Positions 21,930 to 36,245 of a DNA stretch of 64,000 nt are shown here, piece by piece (the first letter of the stretch is position 1; every line of letters begins with the position of its first letter). The DNA comes from Octopus bimaculoides (Eukaryota), in contig NC_068994.1 of NCBI RefSeq assembly GCF_001194135.2, positions 38,634,725-38,698,724 on the forward strand, given 5' to 3'. Position numbers and translations under genes: made by a program. The notes beneath the pieces are model-generated. The model was not told the DNA's origin. It saw only the letters and a list, made by a program, of their open reading frames with translations, and made no database searches.

Positions 21930-22657
21930 GGCAAGCCCATGGGCTTTGAGGTTGATGATGGGGACATTAACGATCTCATCAAGGAACACTCAGGAGAGCT
22001 GATGACAGATGAACTCCTGCAGCTCCAGGAGTAGTAGCATTTGGGTGCAGTGGAAGAGATTGGTCTCCAGAGGAGGACAATGTAGCAGAGAAGGCTATCT
22101 CTATCAGTGACATCAAAGCAGTGTTGGCAAAGTGGCAGTATGTTTCTGAATTTATAGAAAAAGGATCATCCTGAAAAAGCATCTGCAGGTCGTGCAGCTG
22201 CTTTATTTAATGACACTGCTCTGGCACATTTTCGTAAGATTTTGAAAGCAGGACAAAGCAGACTTCTCTTCCTAGGTTTCTATTGAAACCACTTGCAAGT
22301 GTGACAAGTGAAGAAAGTGTGTTAAAAAAGCCTAAATTAAGTGAAGTGTGAGAGAAAACGCCAGAAATTGTTCTTCCTGAAGTCTTGATGGAAGGTGATG
22401 CTCCTTCCAAACAATAATTCTCCTCTTCCCAACTCCATTATCTTCCTTGCACACAAATTGATCCATCTTTAAGGTAATTCAATTAATAAAACTAGTTTGC
22501 ATATTTCTTTTGCATTCTCTTTTATTATGTATTTATAATTGCTATTTTCTTTGTAACTACACCTTTTCCATTTTAAAACCCATAAAAACTTATTTTAGGG
22601 TGGTTTTGGAGTGCTGGAATGGATTAATTATATTTTAATTAATTCCAATGGGGAAAA
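21930..22657 (+). mobile_element. Tigger/pogo transposon 3' fragment (pseudogenised transposase C-terminus plus subterminal region)
   Basis: MGFEVDDGDINDLIKEHSGELMTDELLQLQE...ISISDIKAVLAKWQYVSEFIEK/HPEKASAGRAAALFNDTALAHFRKILK resembles the Tigger1/TIGD1-type C-terminus; ends GGAATGGATTAATTATATTTTAATTAATTCCAATGGG before a gap. Confidence 0.8.
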
Positions 22658-23140
22658 NNNNNNNNNNNNNNNNNNNNNNNNNNNNNNNNNNNNNNNNNNN
22701 NNNNNNNNNNNNNNNNNNNNNNNNNNNNNNNNNNNNNNNNNNNNNNNNNNNNNNNNNNNNNNNNNNNNNNNNNNNNNNNNNNNNNNNNNNNNNNNNNNNN
22801 NNNNNNNNNNNNNNNNNNNNNNNNNNNNNNNNNNNNNNNNNNNNNNNNNNNNNNNNNNNNNNNNNNNNNNNNNNNNNNNNNNNNNNNNNNNNNNNNNNNN
22901 NNNNNNNNNNNNNNNNNNNNNNNNNNNNNNNNNNNNNNNNNNNNNNNNNNNNNNNNNNNNNNNNNNNNNNNNNNNNNNNNNNNNNNNNNNACATCATTAT
23001 AAATGATTACTGCGTCATTTTTTTAATTTCAGACTAAATAAATTCAGATTTATAAATTAAGTTAGAGATTAAAATACAATCATAACTCTCTACAAAGGAG
23101 GTGAAAGTAATACAGCTATATATATATATATATATATATA

Positions 23141-24220
23141 TGAGGTAGTATCAAAAAGTTCCAGTTCTAACTTATTTAGCTAAGTTTTAACATCATCTCC
23201 TTTGAAACAGTCTCCTTGCATAGCAATACATTTGTCCCAGAGTTCCTGCCATGTTTGGAATCCAGCCTGGAAGTCGTTTTTCCATATAAGCAAGTCAAGG
23301 ACCTCCTGTAATTCACTCTGGATCTTGACAATGATGTTAAAACAGTAACTTTTGAGCTGCATATTTATCTTGGGAAGGAGATGGAAGTCCACAGGTGCTA
23401 AATCTGGCAAATAGGGTGGGTGCAGAAGCAATGCCTTGTTGTTTTTGGTGAGAAATGCATGAGTGAGGAGAGCTTGGTGACAGGTTGCATTGTCATCAGG
23501 AAGAATTCAATTCTTCGAGCCACACAGATTCATTTACTTTCACCAAATATCCTCCCTCAAATGTTCCAAAACATCACAGTAGAACTCTCAATCGACAGTC
23601 TGGCCCTGGGGTGTGAATTCTCAATGCACAATACCACATTTCTGGGAGATGACATTCATAACAGGTCTTCCAGATCGCTCATCATCTTTCAGGGACGTTC
23701 TTCCATTTCTGAAGTGCCCATGCCACTCAAAACATTGCATACAACCCATTGCCTTGTCACTATAAGCTTACCAAAGTATGCTCAATGTCTCTGTAGCAGA
23801 CTTTCCTAGATTAATAAAAAAATTCATGTTGGCTCTTTATTCCTGTGCATGACAAAATCTCAGACTACAGCATACATTTGATCATTGTTATATTGCAATA
23901 CTACACAGTGGCTGTGTGAGCTATGAAATCCTTTTTGCCACCGTTATATCGCACGTTCGGATGACCTCTACTCAACTACCCTGACGTCTAGACTTCTCCC
24001 TCTATATCTACGTATTGGACTAGCCTACTTCATCGTCTGGGGACGTCGACACAACACTCAAGAAAACACAAATTTCACAACCTGTGAAGTAAACACAGCA
24101 ATGTCACTTGGCACACTGCCTCATGAAGATCACTGCTAGTTCTCACTGTGCACACAACTGTGTGCTGCCATGTATTGGTGCACTACAGAACTAGTCCAGG
24201 AACTTTTTGATACCAACTCG
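23141..24220 (-). mobile_element. Internally deleted mariner with both TIRs
   Basis: TIRs TGAGGTAGTATCAAAAAGTTCC / GGAACTTTTTGATACCAACTCG; N-terminal RANMNFFINLGKSATET...FEWHGHFRNGRTSLKDDERSGRP joined directly to C-terminal ...DDNATCH...HPPYLPDLAPVDFHLLPK...WDKCIAMQGDCFKGD; several stops. Confidence 0.9.
23886..24056. mobile_element. Probable solo LTR (TGTT...AACA, 171 bp) nested in the mariner leader
   Basis: Starts TGTTATATTG and ends GACACAACA; 9 CpGs versus a CpG-poor host element; flanks ATCAT / CTCAA give only a weak 5-bp TSD. Confidence 0.5.
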
Positions 24221-24229
24221 TGTGTGTGC

Positions 24230-24316
<87 letters not shown>

Positions 24317-25899
24317 GTGTCTGTGTTTGTCCCCCAACACTAATTGACCAGGCTTCAAAAAATTAGCACTGGGGTTGATTCATTTGACTAAAATTCTTCA
24401 TGTCCCAGCATGGCCACAGTCTAATGACTGAGACAAGTAAAAGATAGCTCTTCGTGTAGAGTGTTCAAATACCATGGCTGCCTGTTTAGATGGCAGACTT
24501 AATCTGTTGCCTGGTTTAACTTTACAACTTAGCATCTTGGCATTTTTAGTGGAATCCACTCTCTTGTAAGCACTGAGGTCAGGTCTTCAGTTTGAGAATG
24601 CTTTTCTTCTTCCTTCACACGAATCTCAGAGGTCTTGCAAATGGCCATAGGCATTACCCTCCTCAACTGACTAAAAGATATTAAAAAAAAAACAACATCA
24701 CTTAACATCTTTCTTTTTTCTATTTTAAGACAGTATAGTGTATTTTAAGATTTTGGCTGTTATTTCTAGAATGCTGAGCAGCTGCAAAACGACACCCCTC
24801 ATCAAAATAGCTTGGTAAATTGTTGCATGTAGAATTAAATGTTCTGACCAGGAACACAATGAAGTATTATTCAAACCAGATATAAAATCACCAACTATGA
24901 GCTAATAGTTCAATATATTTTTCACTCTGCTACTTCACCTCTATATTTGTGTAGACTAACCTCCCAGTATTGATTATTGGGTTCTTTATAATTTGGAAAG
25001 AATTTTTAATTAGCGATATGCTGTATTCTTAAAGAATATCATGGTAACATTGATTACATTCTATTATTCTACATTATATGATGGTATATTATGTTATATT
25101 CTATTATATTTTGTTATATTATACAATATCGTATTAATAAATGGATCTAATAGTGAAGTGCTAATTTACTGGAGAACTGAGTCAGTGAACTAGATTCCAT
25201 ATTTAGTTCATGCCACTTGACTTCATAAATAAGGCCTGAAGATCACATTTTCTCAATTTTCTTCATTCTTGAAAATAATTCAGTTTTGGTAAAAAGCTAT
25301 TATATTTTATAAAAAAAAAAAAAAATAATAATGACAAAAATTCAAAACTTTGCATTATGGATAACAATACCATTTCAAAATAATTTTTCCATGTTAGCAG
25401 AAATGGAATACTTTTTCATTTTGGAAAATTAGAAGCGGGTTCATAAATATATAATTATGTGATTATAATTTTGTTTATTGTATAGTTAAGAAGTCTGCTT
25501 TGTAACCATGTATGTTAAGAAGTCTGCTTTGTAACCATTGTATGGATCCTTAGCCAGTAGTGTTTTCAGAGTAGATATCACTTTCAGGAAGGGCAATTTT
25601 GCTTAAAAATATAAATTTTGCTTAAAAATATAAAAATCTTTCAGTGTCATAATTTCTGTTTTAGGGAAATGTAGAGATACTAATAAAATATTAAGGGGAG
25701 AAAAAAAAATTGCCCCTTTCTGCTCCATGAAGCAGTAATAGCAATTCCAGAATTCCACCCTTTGGCCAAGTGTCTCCTACAAGAGGTTTAGGCATAGTGA
25801 AGTTGATAGACAAAAACTGTTTTATACATACATATATACACACATACATACATGTATATATATTTATATATATATATATATGTACATACTTTTATTCTT

Positions 25900-26109
25900 T
25901 AATTATTTTATTTGTTTTAGTCATTTGACAGTGACCATGCTGGCTGGAGCACTGCCTTTAGTCGAACAAATCGATCCCAAGACATATTCTTTGTAAGCCC
26001 AGTATTTATTCTACTGGTCTGTTTTGCTGAACTGCTAAGTTACAGGTGCGTAAGTGTACCAACATCAGTTGTTAAGTGATGGTAGAGGACAAACAGAGAC
26101 ACACAAACA

Positions 26110-26175
<66 letters not shown>

Positions 26176-26580
26176 AATAAATACGATGGGTTTCTTTCAG
26201 TTTCCATCTACCAAATCCACTCACAAGGCTTTGGTTTGCCCGAGGGTATAGTAGTATAGTAGAAGACACTTGCTCGAGGTGCCACGCAGTAAGACTGAAC
26301 TCAGAACCATGTGGTTGGGAAGCAAACTTCTTATTTCTTTATTGCCCACAAGGGGCTAAACATAGAGGGGACAAACAAAGGGATTAAGTTGATTACATCG
26401 ACCCCAGTGCGTAACTGGTACTTAATTTATCGACCCCGAAAGGATGAAAGGCAAAGTGGACCTCGGCGGAATTTGAACTCAGAACGTAACGGCAGACGAA
26501 ATACCGCTGAGCATTTCGCCTGACGTGCTAACGTTTCTGCCAGCTCGCCGGGAAGCAAACTTCTTACCACACAACTATGC
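25900..26580 (-). mobile_element. SINE family A copy interrupted in its head by a family B copy
   Basis: Family A modules run from 25900 to 26333 and resume at 26550 (CTTCTTACCACACAACTATG). Confidence 0.85.
26334..26549 (-). mobile_element. Young SINE family B copy (alternative 3' tail) with 17-bp TSD
   Basis: Perfect TSD GGGAAGCAAACTTCTTA at 26317-26333 and 26550-26566; many intact CpGs; tail ...GCCCCTTGTGGGCAATAAAGAAA. Confidence 0.92.
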
Positions 26581-27284
26581 CTACATCTATATATACATGC
26601 ACACACACACACAAACATATGTATGTATGTATGTATATATGTGTGTATGTATTTGTATAAGTATGTATGTATATATCTCTGTGTGTGTACATATATGTAT
26701 GTATGTGTGTGTGTATGCATGCATACTTGTATGTAGAAAAATGTGCATATATATGTGTGTGTATGTGTGTGTTTGCATGTGTCTGTTTCTATATGTATCT
26801 TACATTTGAAACCCCATGCCATGCAAAATGGTTTCTATGTTTATGTACTGTAACTTAAGATAAATATAAATCTCTAAGATAAATACTGGACTAAAACCTT
26901 TCGAGACAGTGCTGCAGCATGTCCACATTCAAATGACTGAAATAAGAAAAAGACTATTTACTTCATGGAAACTGAAAGCATTTTGCATATCTACTAATTG
27001 ATAAGTATTTTATTCCTGGATGTTTACATAGCACTGGAAATTTAAGCAAGAATATTTATTTATGATATTTAATATTTTCTGTAATCCAATTCCAATTCTG
27101 TTCAATGTTTATCAGCTATTTCGTTTATTATCTGATTAATTTATATACTTAAATTAAGTAATAAAAAATTCCTAGTTTGAATTCTGTCAAGTTAGTCTTA
27201 TGTTCTGAGCTGAAATCCTGTCAAGAGCAACTTAAGGTCTCTGGGGCTGTCAAAATTAAGAAGTGATAGGCACTGATGTCACAT

Positions 27285-27487
27285 ATGTAGGTGCAAGCAT
27301 GGCTGTATGATAAGAAGTTTGCTTTCCAACCACACTGTCCTGGGTTCAGTCCCACTGCATGGCAGTTTGGGCAGGTGACTTCTACTATAGTCTCAGGCTG
27401 GCCAAAGCCTTTTGAGTGGATTTGGTGGACAAAAACTGAAAGAAGCCTATTGTACATACATACATACAGATAGATAGATGGATATAG

Positions 27488-27518
<31 letters not shown>

Positions 27519-27757
27519 TATATATGTGTGTGTGTTTTCCTTTGCATTTGTGTTTGTCCCCCCACCACCACCACTTGACAACCAGTGTTCCTGTGTTTAC
27601 GTCCCTGTAATTTAGTGGTTTGATAAAAGAAACTGATAGAATAAATATCAGGCTTAAAAAAATAATTAGTACTGAGGTTGATTGATTAGTTTGTGACTAA
27701 TCCTCAAAGCAATGCCTCAGCATGGCCACAGTCTAATGACTGAAACAAATAAAAGAT
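27285..27757 (+). mobile_element. SINE family A copy
   Basis: Full module order present. Confidence 0.85.
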
Positions 27758-28479
27758 ATATTCCTCTAAAAACATCTTAGATATAAACTGAATTATAATA
27801 AAAGACCAAGACTAACTTCTCTTTTCACCCTTCTGGTTGTCAATAAAAGAAAGCATTATTCAAGAACTGAAGTCAATTTAACATTCCTATAAAACACCTT
27901 GGACATGAATGGATGATTAAGACTAAGATTAAGACTAAGTCTAAAACTAAGAATAAGACTAAGTCTAAGACATCATTCTTCTGGAAAAAAAAAATAAAGT
28001 ACCTGTCAAATATTTGGGGACACTAATAATTGGCTTTACTATCTCTTAAAAATGTATGGCTTTGTGTTAATGTAAGCAATTAACATTATAGCAATTTATT
28101 TGAACCAATTTATTTATAATTGTTATTTTAATTGTTGTTAACATTTAGCTCCAAGTTAGCTCTGTTAGCAGCAGAACTATAATCAAAGGCATTCCAGTTG
28201 AGACCATCCTTGCCTCTTTCTCTGTCAAGGACTACATTATCTAATGTCCTTGTTTTTTTAAGATGGTAGGTATGAATTGAGGAAATTTAGCAGCTATTTC
28301 TAGCAGGTCAAGTAACCATACAGAAGCTTCCTGATGGGCTTGTGCCATCCCAATACAAATGGACATAAGTTCAGATTTTTCCAGTGTTTCTTGGGTTTTA
28401 ACCTTGTGAAAGACACCTGACTACTTTCTCCAGTTTGGATCCTTTCCAGAGCTCAATTTTTCGAATCCCAAAGAATTCC

Positions 28480-28795
28480 CTCAATACATGACTATGGCTA
28501 TGATGCTCCCTGATACTCCTGTTCATGATCAGAGATGCACATATCGTCAGCCACTAAGGGACATGCTCAACTAGTTACAGTCAAACAACTGACAAGCAAA
28601 TCTGTGGTTCTGAGCAGAATATTTACTGTAGCTCATTTTTTACACCAAGGCAAAATATGTACATGATAACACTTGCAATCAGCTAAGATCAGAAACCATG
28701 GGAGCCACTGCCTGATATTGCATCAAAGCATGCTCTGCAACTACTCCTGTTCATGATCAGAGATGCACATACTGTCAACCACTAAGTGACATTAC
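28480..28795. repeat. Repeat with ~228-bp periodicity (about 1.25 units)
   Basis: TACTCCTGTTCATGATCAGAGATGCACATA..GTCA.CCACTAAG.GACAT at 28514-28564 and 28742-28792. Confidence 0.75.
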
Positions 28796-29639
28796 TATTA
28801 TATAAAAATACATATTTTGTCTATTATCATTTCCTTCATTACCATATATTAACTGTTATATCTTTTTTCATCATTTTACTATTATTAAAAATGTTTTATA
28901 AAACAATAAATAAAATAATATTAGTATGAATATACTAAAAAACTAATATATGAAAATAACAAAACAGAAATTAAAATAAAATCATTAATTCAATATAATA
29001 TAAGAAATATGAAATGAAATATAATTTTTAAAATATTTTTTATTTATTATTTTATAATAGTTTGTTTATTATAAGAATAATTTAATTATTTACATAAATA
29101 ATTTATTCATTATTCAATCAATAAAATTGTAATTAATTAATTATTTTATTTATCTCACACCAGTGAGATTAACTAAGTCAAATTATTGATATTTATTTCT
29201 TAATTAGATGAATGAACCAATCTCTAATTAACCCACTTGACTTCACAGAGAGAAAGAAATGGGAAGTACGGTGTGTTGTCTTTCTTAAGATCATCAAAAA
29301 AGTGAAACAGCTTTGATTAGTAAGCAATACCAAGATGCATGTTTAGTATGCCAGAGAGTTGCTTTTTACTACACATGGTACATATTACCCATAAAAGATA
29401 ACATGCACCAGTTCTAATCTCTAAATTTCTTTAAACAGATGAAAGATAACCTTCTCACTAATGATTGCAGGCATGGCTTAAAGGTTAAGAAGTCCACTTT
29501 GCAACTATATTTCTTTGGTTTGACTATGCTTTCAACAAAGTTTCTGTGTAAAATTTGGCAGAGAAAAATTGTTGAAGCTTGTAGAAGGGTGATTCTTGTT
29601 TTTAGATTTTAGATTTAATCTACTACCTACTTTAACACC

Positions 29640-30230
29640 CTCACCTTGTGCTTGATGCATGATCTTATACAGAATTTAACTCTAATACAGATTGAATATT
29701 TTAATGCAAAATTTATAATCTTGTTCAGAATTATACTTTTTACAAATTTGTAGCTTTTTACAGAATTTGTACTCTTATATAGAAATGTGCTCTGATGTAG
29801 AAATATATAGTTAGACAGAATTATATTCTTACACTCAATTTTTTTACTCTTATACAGAATAACATTTTATATAGAAATATAACTGGCATGCCATTGATTA
29901 CGCTGTTGTGGGTTCTAGCTGATCTGATCAAAGGAACAGCCTGCTCATGAAATTAATGTGAAAGTGACTGAGCATTCCACAGACACTCATACCCTTAACA
30001 TAGCTGTCAGGAAGATCCAGTATGATACAGAATATGATAGGGTTGGCCTTTTGAAATACAGGTACAACTCAATTTTGCCAGCTGCAATATAATTTTATAC
30101 AGAATATATGTATTTATACAAAATCTATACTCTTACACAGGAAGTGTACTCTTATAAAGAATTATATATGCTATTACTCCTATTTTTTATTTTTATATAT
30201 AGAATTATAATCTGATATGGAATTTACACA
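29640..30230. repeat. Degenerate ~20-bp minisatellite (TATACAGAATTTATACTCT-like) split by an interspersed element at about 29884-30084
   Basis: Many ACAGAAT/ATAGAAAT units; the insert CTGATCTGATCAA...CCTGCTC.TGAA.TTAATGTG.AAGTG.CTGAGCA.TCCACAGACA recurs at about 55480-55580. Confidence 0.65.
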
Positions 30231-30864
30231 TTCTTTGCTTTTCATTCTTCTACGGTTGATTAAATAAAATATTAGTCAATGGGAACAACTTAATGGACTA
30301 GCAACATGCAGTGAGCTAGTTTGGTACAGTCAAGCCTAAATCCCCACCCAGTTGTAAGGTTCCAATATCAGGTAAAGGGACACACAGAGTACATTGCTGT
30401 TACATCAATATTTTCTGTCTGTAACACTAACACAGCACAACACACTTTATCAAGACAACACAACACATATATGTACCCCCACTTTCATTTATTTGCATAT
30501 GCATACACTCTTTTAAAGTGGACTACATCAAAAGAAATAATGCAAAATGAAAAGATGAAGGATTATCCTCATATACAGAATTTATAGCCATACATTTATA
30601 TGCTTTTCAAAGTTCATACTCTTCTTGGTCTTCCAAAGAAATAAGGCAAATTAATGGTTAATTAACATTTAAGTTTCATCAAACATTACAATTTAAAGGA
30701 TACTTGAACAGTTTTAAAGAAACTCTCTCAGACTATGCTAAGACATCACCTTTTACAGATAGCTCTCTACAAAAAGTAAAATATCAGGATTTATCGAAGA
30801 ATTTGATATCCTTTGTTGTCACGTGGATGAAATTTAATATCTGAGGCTTTTTCCTTTGTTTTAG

Positions 30865-30903
30865 AACAAAAAAGAGAGAAGTGCAAATGTTAATACTTGG
30901 ATT
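30865..30903 (+). other. Candidate 39-nt exon
   Basis: CTTTTTCCTTTGTTTTAG|AACAAAAAAG...TGGATT|GTAAGG; two of three frames are open. Confidence 0.3.
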
Positions 30904-31473
30904 GTAAGGTTGTAAATTGACTTACTAATAGCCAAATCATCAACACTGTATTTCTCCTTTCCCTACCCACAAATAAGACATTAGATCTAAAATATTAGAT
31001 TCTATACACCTGATGGCAAATGAATATAAGTTCTCCCTAACTGAATTTTGCTAATGAGTTAATTGTTGTTATTGCAGACCATCACCAGTTTTCTCAGATT
31101 CCAGAGTTTATCAAGCCTTATAGTAATAGTGTGTCTATTAAAATTTTGTTTCTTTATTCTTTGTTATGTTCAATGTATGATTACCCCATTCCCAACCCTG
31201 CACAACTTTTGGATTACAGTATGCAAAAGTTGATATTGAAAGTATGCAGAATGTGGATAATTCTACACATCTCACAGCAAATAACATTTGGGATTCTATT
31301 ATAAACTTTACTAAATAAAAAGAATTTTGATAGGGTGAATTATTTATTGTAATAAATTGTATTTAGCATTTATATAAATAAATGATATTTAGATATATAA
31401 ATAGTGTTTGGAATTATTTAGATCAATAAATAATATTCAAATATATAAAATAGACAATATTTAGATATATAAT

Positions 31474-31687
31474 CCTTTCCACTATAGGCAAAAGGTCCGA
31501 AATTTTGGGTTAGAGGGATAGCCAATTACATCGACTCCAGTCCTCAGTTGGTATTTATTTTATCAACATCATAAGGACGAAAGGCAATGTCAACCTCAGT
31601 GGAATTTGAACTCAGAATTTAAAGATGAATGAAATGCTGCTAAGCATCTTGCCTGACATGCTAATGATTATGTCAGCTCATTACTTT
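31474..31687 (-). mobile_element. SINE family B copy with ~16-bp TSD, within an AT-rich degenerate AATATTTAGAT array (about 31300-32230)
   Basis: TATTTAGATATATAAT on both sides; family B modules lie between. Confidence 0.8.
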
Positions 31688-34600
31688 ATTTAGATATATA
31701 ATAATTAGTGTTTTAAATTACTTAGATTAATAATTTTTAGATGTACAAATAGTATCTAGAAGTATTTGAATAAATAATATTTAGAGATTTTCAGTTGCAT
31801 AAAGAACAATAATATTTAGGTATATAACAGTATTTAGATTTTAAAAAAAAAATGGTCATTTCAAGTAGACAAGTTGTATATAGGTACATGAATAGTACTT
31901 AGATAATAAAATAGTATTTAGAGCAAGTGCTTAGATTAAGTGTATTTTGATAGATAAATAATATTTAGCTAAATGGATACTATTTAGTGGTACTTTGATA
32001 AATAAATAGTTTTTTTTTAAATAGATAATTAGATTAAAAATATTTTGATACATCAACAATATTTACAGAGATAAAAAGTACTTATTTAAATAGTATTTAG
32101 ATACTTATTCAATATATAAAAGTATCTATAAATAATATTTAGCTAAATAATATTTAGAAATATTTAGATAAATAAGGTTTAGAAGTATTTAGATAAATAA
32201 TATTTAGAAGTATTTAGATAAAGTTTATTTATATAGATAAATATGGTTCAAACTGGTGAATAGCACTCAGAATTTTGGATGACACTAATTATGACAAATG
32301 GAACCAGAGTTAAAAAAGTTGCAGTTGGCTTAACTAATCAAATTTCAAACTATTAGAGAAAGGGTTTATGGTTCAAATCATATTACTGTCACTAAATTGC
32401 AGCCATATTTAAGACACTTGGTTTTAACATAATTAGGACAGCTAGCTGTATGCAAAAAATGGAACATATAAACAAAAAGAACACTGTCTACATTTCTTGG
32501 TTGCAGTGCTGAGATGAAAATCTCCCATATCCCATAAATATGGTCTGAAGAAAAATGAATGCTATCAGGTTTATTTACTTCGTTTTTCATTGCAACTGGT
32601 GTAAATGGACCAGATTTCCAGTCAGGAGATAGTGTGGTGTCATGAACAGTTTATTTTCATTGCAATTTCTTTTATGTTGAGATATTTTCTTTCTTTTATC
32701 TTTTACTTGCTTCATTTGTTAAACTATGGCCATGCTGAGGCACTACCTTGAAGGGTTTAGACAATCAAGTTGACCCCAGTGTTTATTTTTTCTTAAAGTC
32801 TGACACTTATTTTATTAGTCTCTTTTGGCAAACTGCTAAGTTATGGGGATGTAACCAAATCAAGGCCAAGGTCCAACTCTGCCTTTCATCCTTTTGAGGG
32901 TCAATCAAATAAGTACCAGTTGAGCACTGGTGTTAATGTAATAGACTTATCCCCTCCCCTTGAAAATAATTGCCATATGCCAAAATTTGAAACCAATAAA
33001 TTAAAGTTAAATACTACGGTTGATAAAACAAAGTACCAGCTAAATACTGGGGTTGATAACATAACATTGCAATCAGTTCCTGGAGTTGAGAAAATAGGGT
33101 ACAAGTCAAATATTAGAATTAATAAGATAAATCACCAATCAAATACTAAGGCAGATAAAAACAACTAAGCCCCACCCCAAAATTTGAGGCCCTGTACCAA
33201 TGTTAAATATCATTATCATACTTTACGTTACTTTTATTATCATCCATTCCATAATTTCTTAGCTGAGTTCTTCGCTTCTATAATTTTGTACTAATTATTG
33301 ATAATTTCACCAATAAATCAGCAGTATTCTAATATTCCCAAATATCAGAACTCTTTTTCTAGCCATTCCATAAATTGTAGTCTTTACAGAGTGTATATAA
33401 TTATTTTTCAGGGAAAATTATCTGCTAATTAAGCATTGTGTACACATATACATTGACATACACACATACAGACACATAGAAAGTTGTATAAACCTAGCAT
33501 AGATATACATGTTTGTGTGTGTGTGTGTGTGCACACGCAAGCACACATACACACACATGCACACTTGCACATACACACTCTTTTCTCTGACTGACTATGT
33601 GAGTACATGCTTGTAGGTATATGTGTGCATGTGTGTGTATCGGTGTGTGTGTGTGTATCTGTGTGTGTGTGTGTGTGTGCACATGGAAGTGTGCTTGTGT
33701 ATAGTGTTTGCTTGTGTGTGTTTTTGTGTGTGTGTGAATGTGCATGTGTGTACATGTATATGTGCATGTGTGTGCTTATATGTGTATGTGTGTATGCATG
33801 TGTGTTTATGTGAGTGTGTATGTGCTTGTGTATGTACATGTGTGTGATGTGAGAGTATATGCGCTTATGTGCTTGTGTGTGCATGAGTGCGTGTGTGTGT
33901 GTGTGTGTGTGCATGCACTTGTATATTTGTATATGTGCGCAAGTACACATATACTCACAATAATGTGCTAAGGTAACAGACAACTTTCCACTTTGAGATC
34001 ATTATAGATAAATATATACAGAAAAGGAAACTGGAATCCTTTGCTAGGAATCTTAAGATGGTAAGGCCATTAAGTATACTCATATGAACAACAGTCATAT
34101 AATTCATTAGGGATATAGATCTTGATTTGCTAACCTCCTCCTCCTCGTCATCATCATCAGTTAATGTTCATGTTACATGTTAGCATGTGTCTGAGACAGT
34201 TTACTAAGATCTAATGGGTCTAGGGATGCATTGTGCTCATAGATTTTTATGGCTGGATGCCTTTCTCAATGCCAACCATTTTACGTTCTTTTTATAGCAT
34301 CAACACTAATGAGGTTGCTGTGCAGCCTACAAAATTGTGAGCCCTATGAAGAGATGAGGAACTTTATACTTTATGCTTGAAGATCAGCAAATGGGAAGAA
34401 TTACTTGACAATTTCACAACATCGTTTTTGGCATTGATTGAAATAATATTAATTTTAAAATGATTTTATCAATCTTCCTATAAACTGTAATTTTATAGAA
34501 AAATGATATTTATATCTACACTGAGGCAGTGAGCTGGCAGAATCATTAATATACCAAGTAAGATGCTTAGTGATATTTTATCTCTCTTTACATTCTGAGT

Positions 34601-34779
34601 TCAAATGCTGCCAAGGTTGACTCTGCCTTTCATCCATTCGGGGTTGATAAAATAAATACTGGTCGAATACTTGGGTTAATGTAATCAATTTACCCCTGCC
34701 CTTGAAATTGTTGACCCTGTGCCAAAATTTGAAATCAGTAGATTTCTTCCTTGGAAAGGAAGATATATATGTATATATA

Positions 34780-34850
<71 letters not shown>

Positions 34851-35819
34851 GTATGTATATATATATATATATATATATCTTTGTGTATATGTATATATAT
34901 GTGTATGTGTGTGTATACATATATAAAGATAAATATACAACAAGCTTCTTTCAGTTTCCATCAACCAAATTTGCTCATGAGGCTTTAGTTGGCCTGAGGC
35001 AATAGCAGAAGACATTTGTGCAGGATGTCACACAGTGGGACTGAACCTAAAATCACATGGTTGGGAAGCAAACTTCTAAGCCACATGGCCATACATTGAC
35101 TGACTTATGTAGTGCAGATATAAATATTGGTTTCAAATTTTGGCATAAGACTAGCACAGCAGGGGAGAGGGTAAGTCAATTACATTGGCCCCTGTCCTCG
35201 ACTGGTATTTATTTTATTGACCCCCAAAAAAGATGAAATGCTACTATGCATTTCACCTGGTACAACTAGCGATTCTACCAGTTAGCTGCCTTAAAGGAAG
35301 AGATATATTCTATTAGATTTTGGTTACTTTCTTTTTGCATGAAGGTGGACTTGAATACAGTATTACAAGCTGATAAAACACTTGTTGATTGCAGAGTGGT
35401 CCCACTGCTTACTAAAATACACAGTATCAACAAGAATTAACTTGAGTAAAATAAATAATTTGTGCACATGCACTGTACATTGCTAGTGTTTAGACATAAG
35501 CTAATGATTCTTTGGTTGATAAACTGATACCAACATCCATATTCAACTACTCAATGTGGTTAAAATAATCAATATTTGTCCAGTGCCAATAATTAAATAT
35601 AAACATAGGGTTCATTAGGCAAAAAGCCAAGATCTCATTCACTCAGTAAATCCTTGTATTCCACAAATGTTGATTACCATTCCTGTATATAGAATATTTC
35701 AAGTAAATTGACTAAGCATGAAACGTGGTTCTTGATTATAAGTCTAATTTTAATTAAATCTTATTTACAGTATAGCAATCTAGTCAATCTGAGATCATAT
35801 CCTCTCTTTTCTATAGGCA

Positions 35820-36245
35820 CAGGCATGGCTGTACAGTAAGAAGTTTGCTTCCCAACATCATGATTCTGAGTTCAGTCCCACAGCTTAACTCCTTGGACAA
35901 GTGTCTTCTACTGTTATCCCCAGGCTAACAAGAGTCTTGTGAGAGGATTTGGTAGCGTGAAACTGAAAGAAGCCTGTTGTACATATGCGTGTGTGTGTGT
36001 GTGTGTGTGAATGTGTGTGAATGTGTGTGTGTGAGTGTGTGTGTATGTGTGTGTGTCCTACCATTGCTTGGCAACCGGTGTTGGTGTGTTTACATTCACA
36101 CACCTTAGGAGTTTGGCAAAAAAGACTGATAGAATAAGTATCAGGTGTAAAACATTAGTACTGCATTTGATTCTTTTGCCTAAAACTTTTTTCAAGGTGA
36201 TGCCCCGACATCTAATGACTGAAACAAATAAAAGGTAAAAGATAA
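35820..36245 (+). mobile_element. SINE family A copy
   Basis: Head, CORE-like, TG and tail modules present. Confidence 0.8.

Noticed and set aside
25486-25635. Short tandem duplications (about 29 bp and 18 bp)
   Set aside because: Ordinary slippage duplications, as at 24-58 and 53560-53700; no further structure
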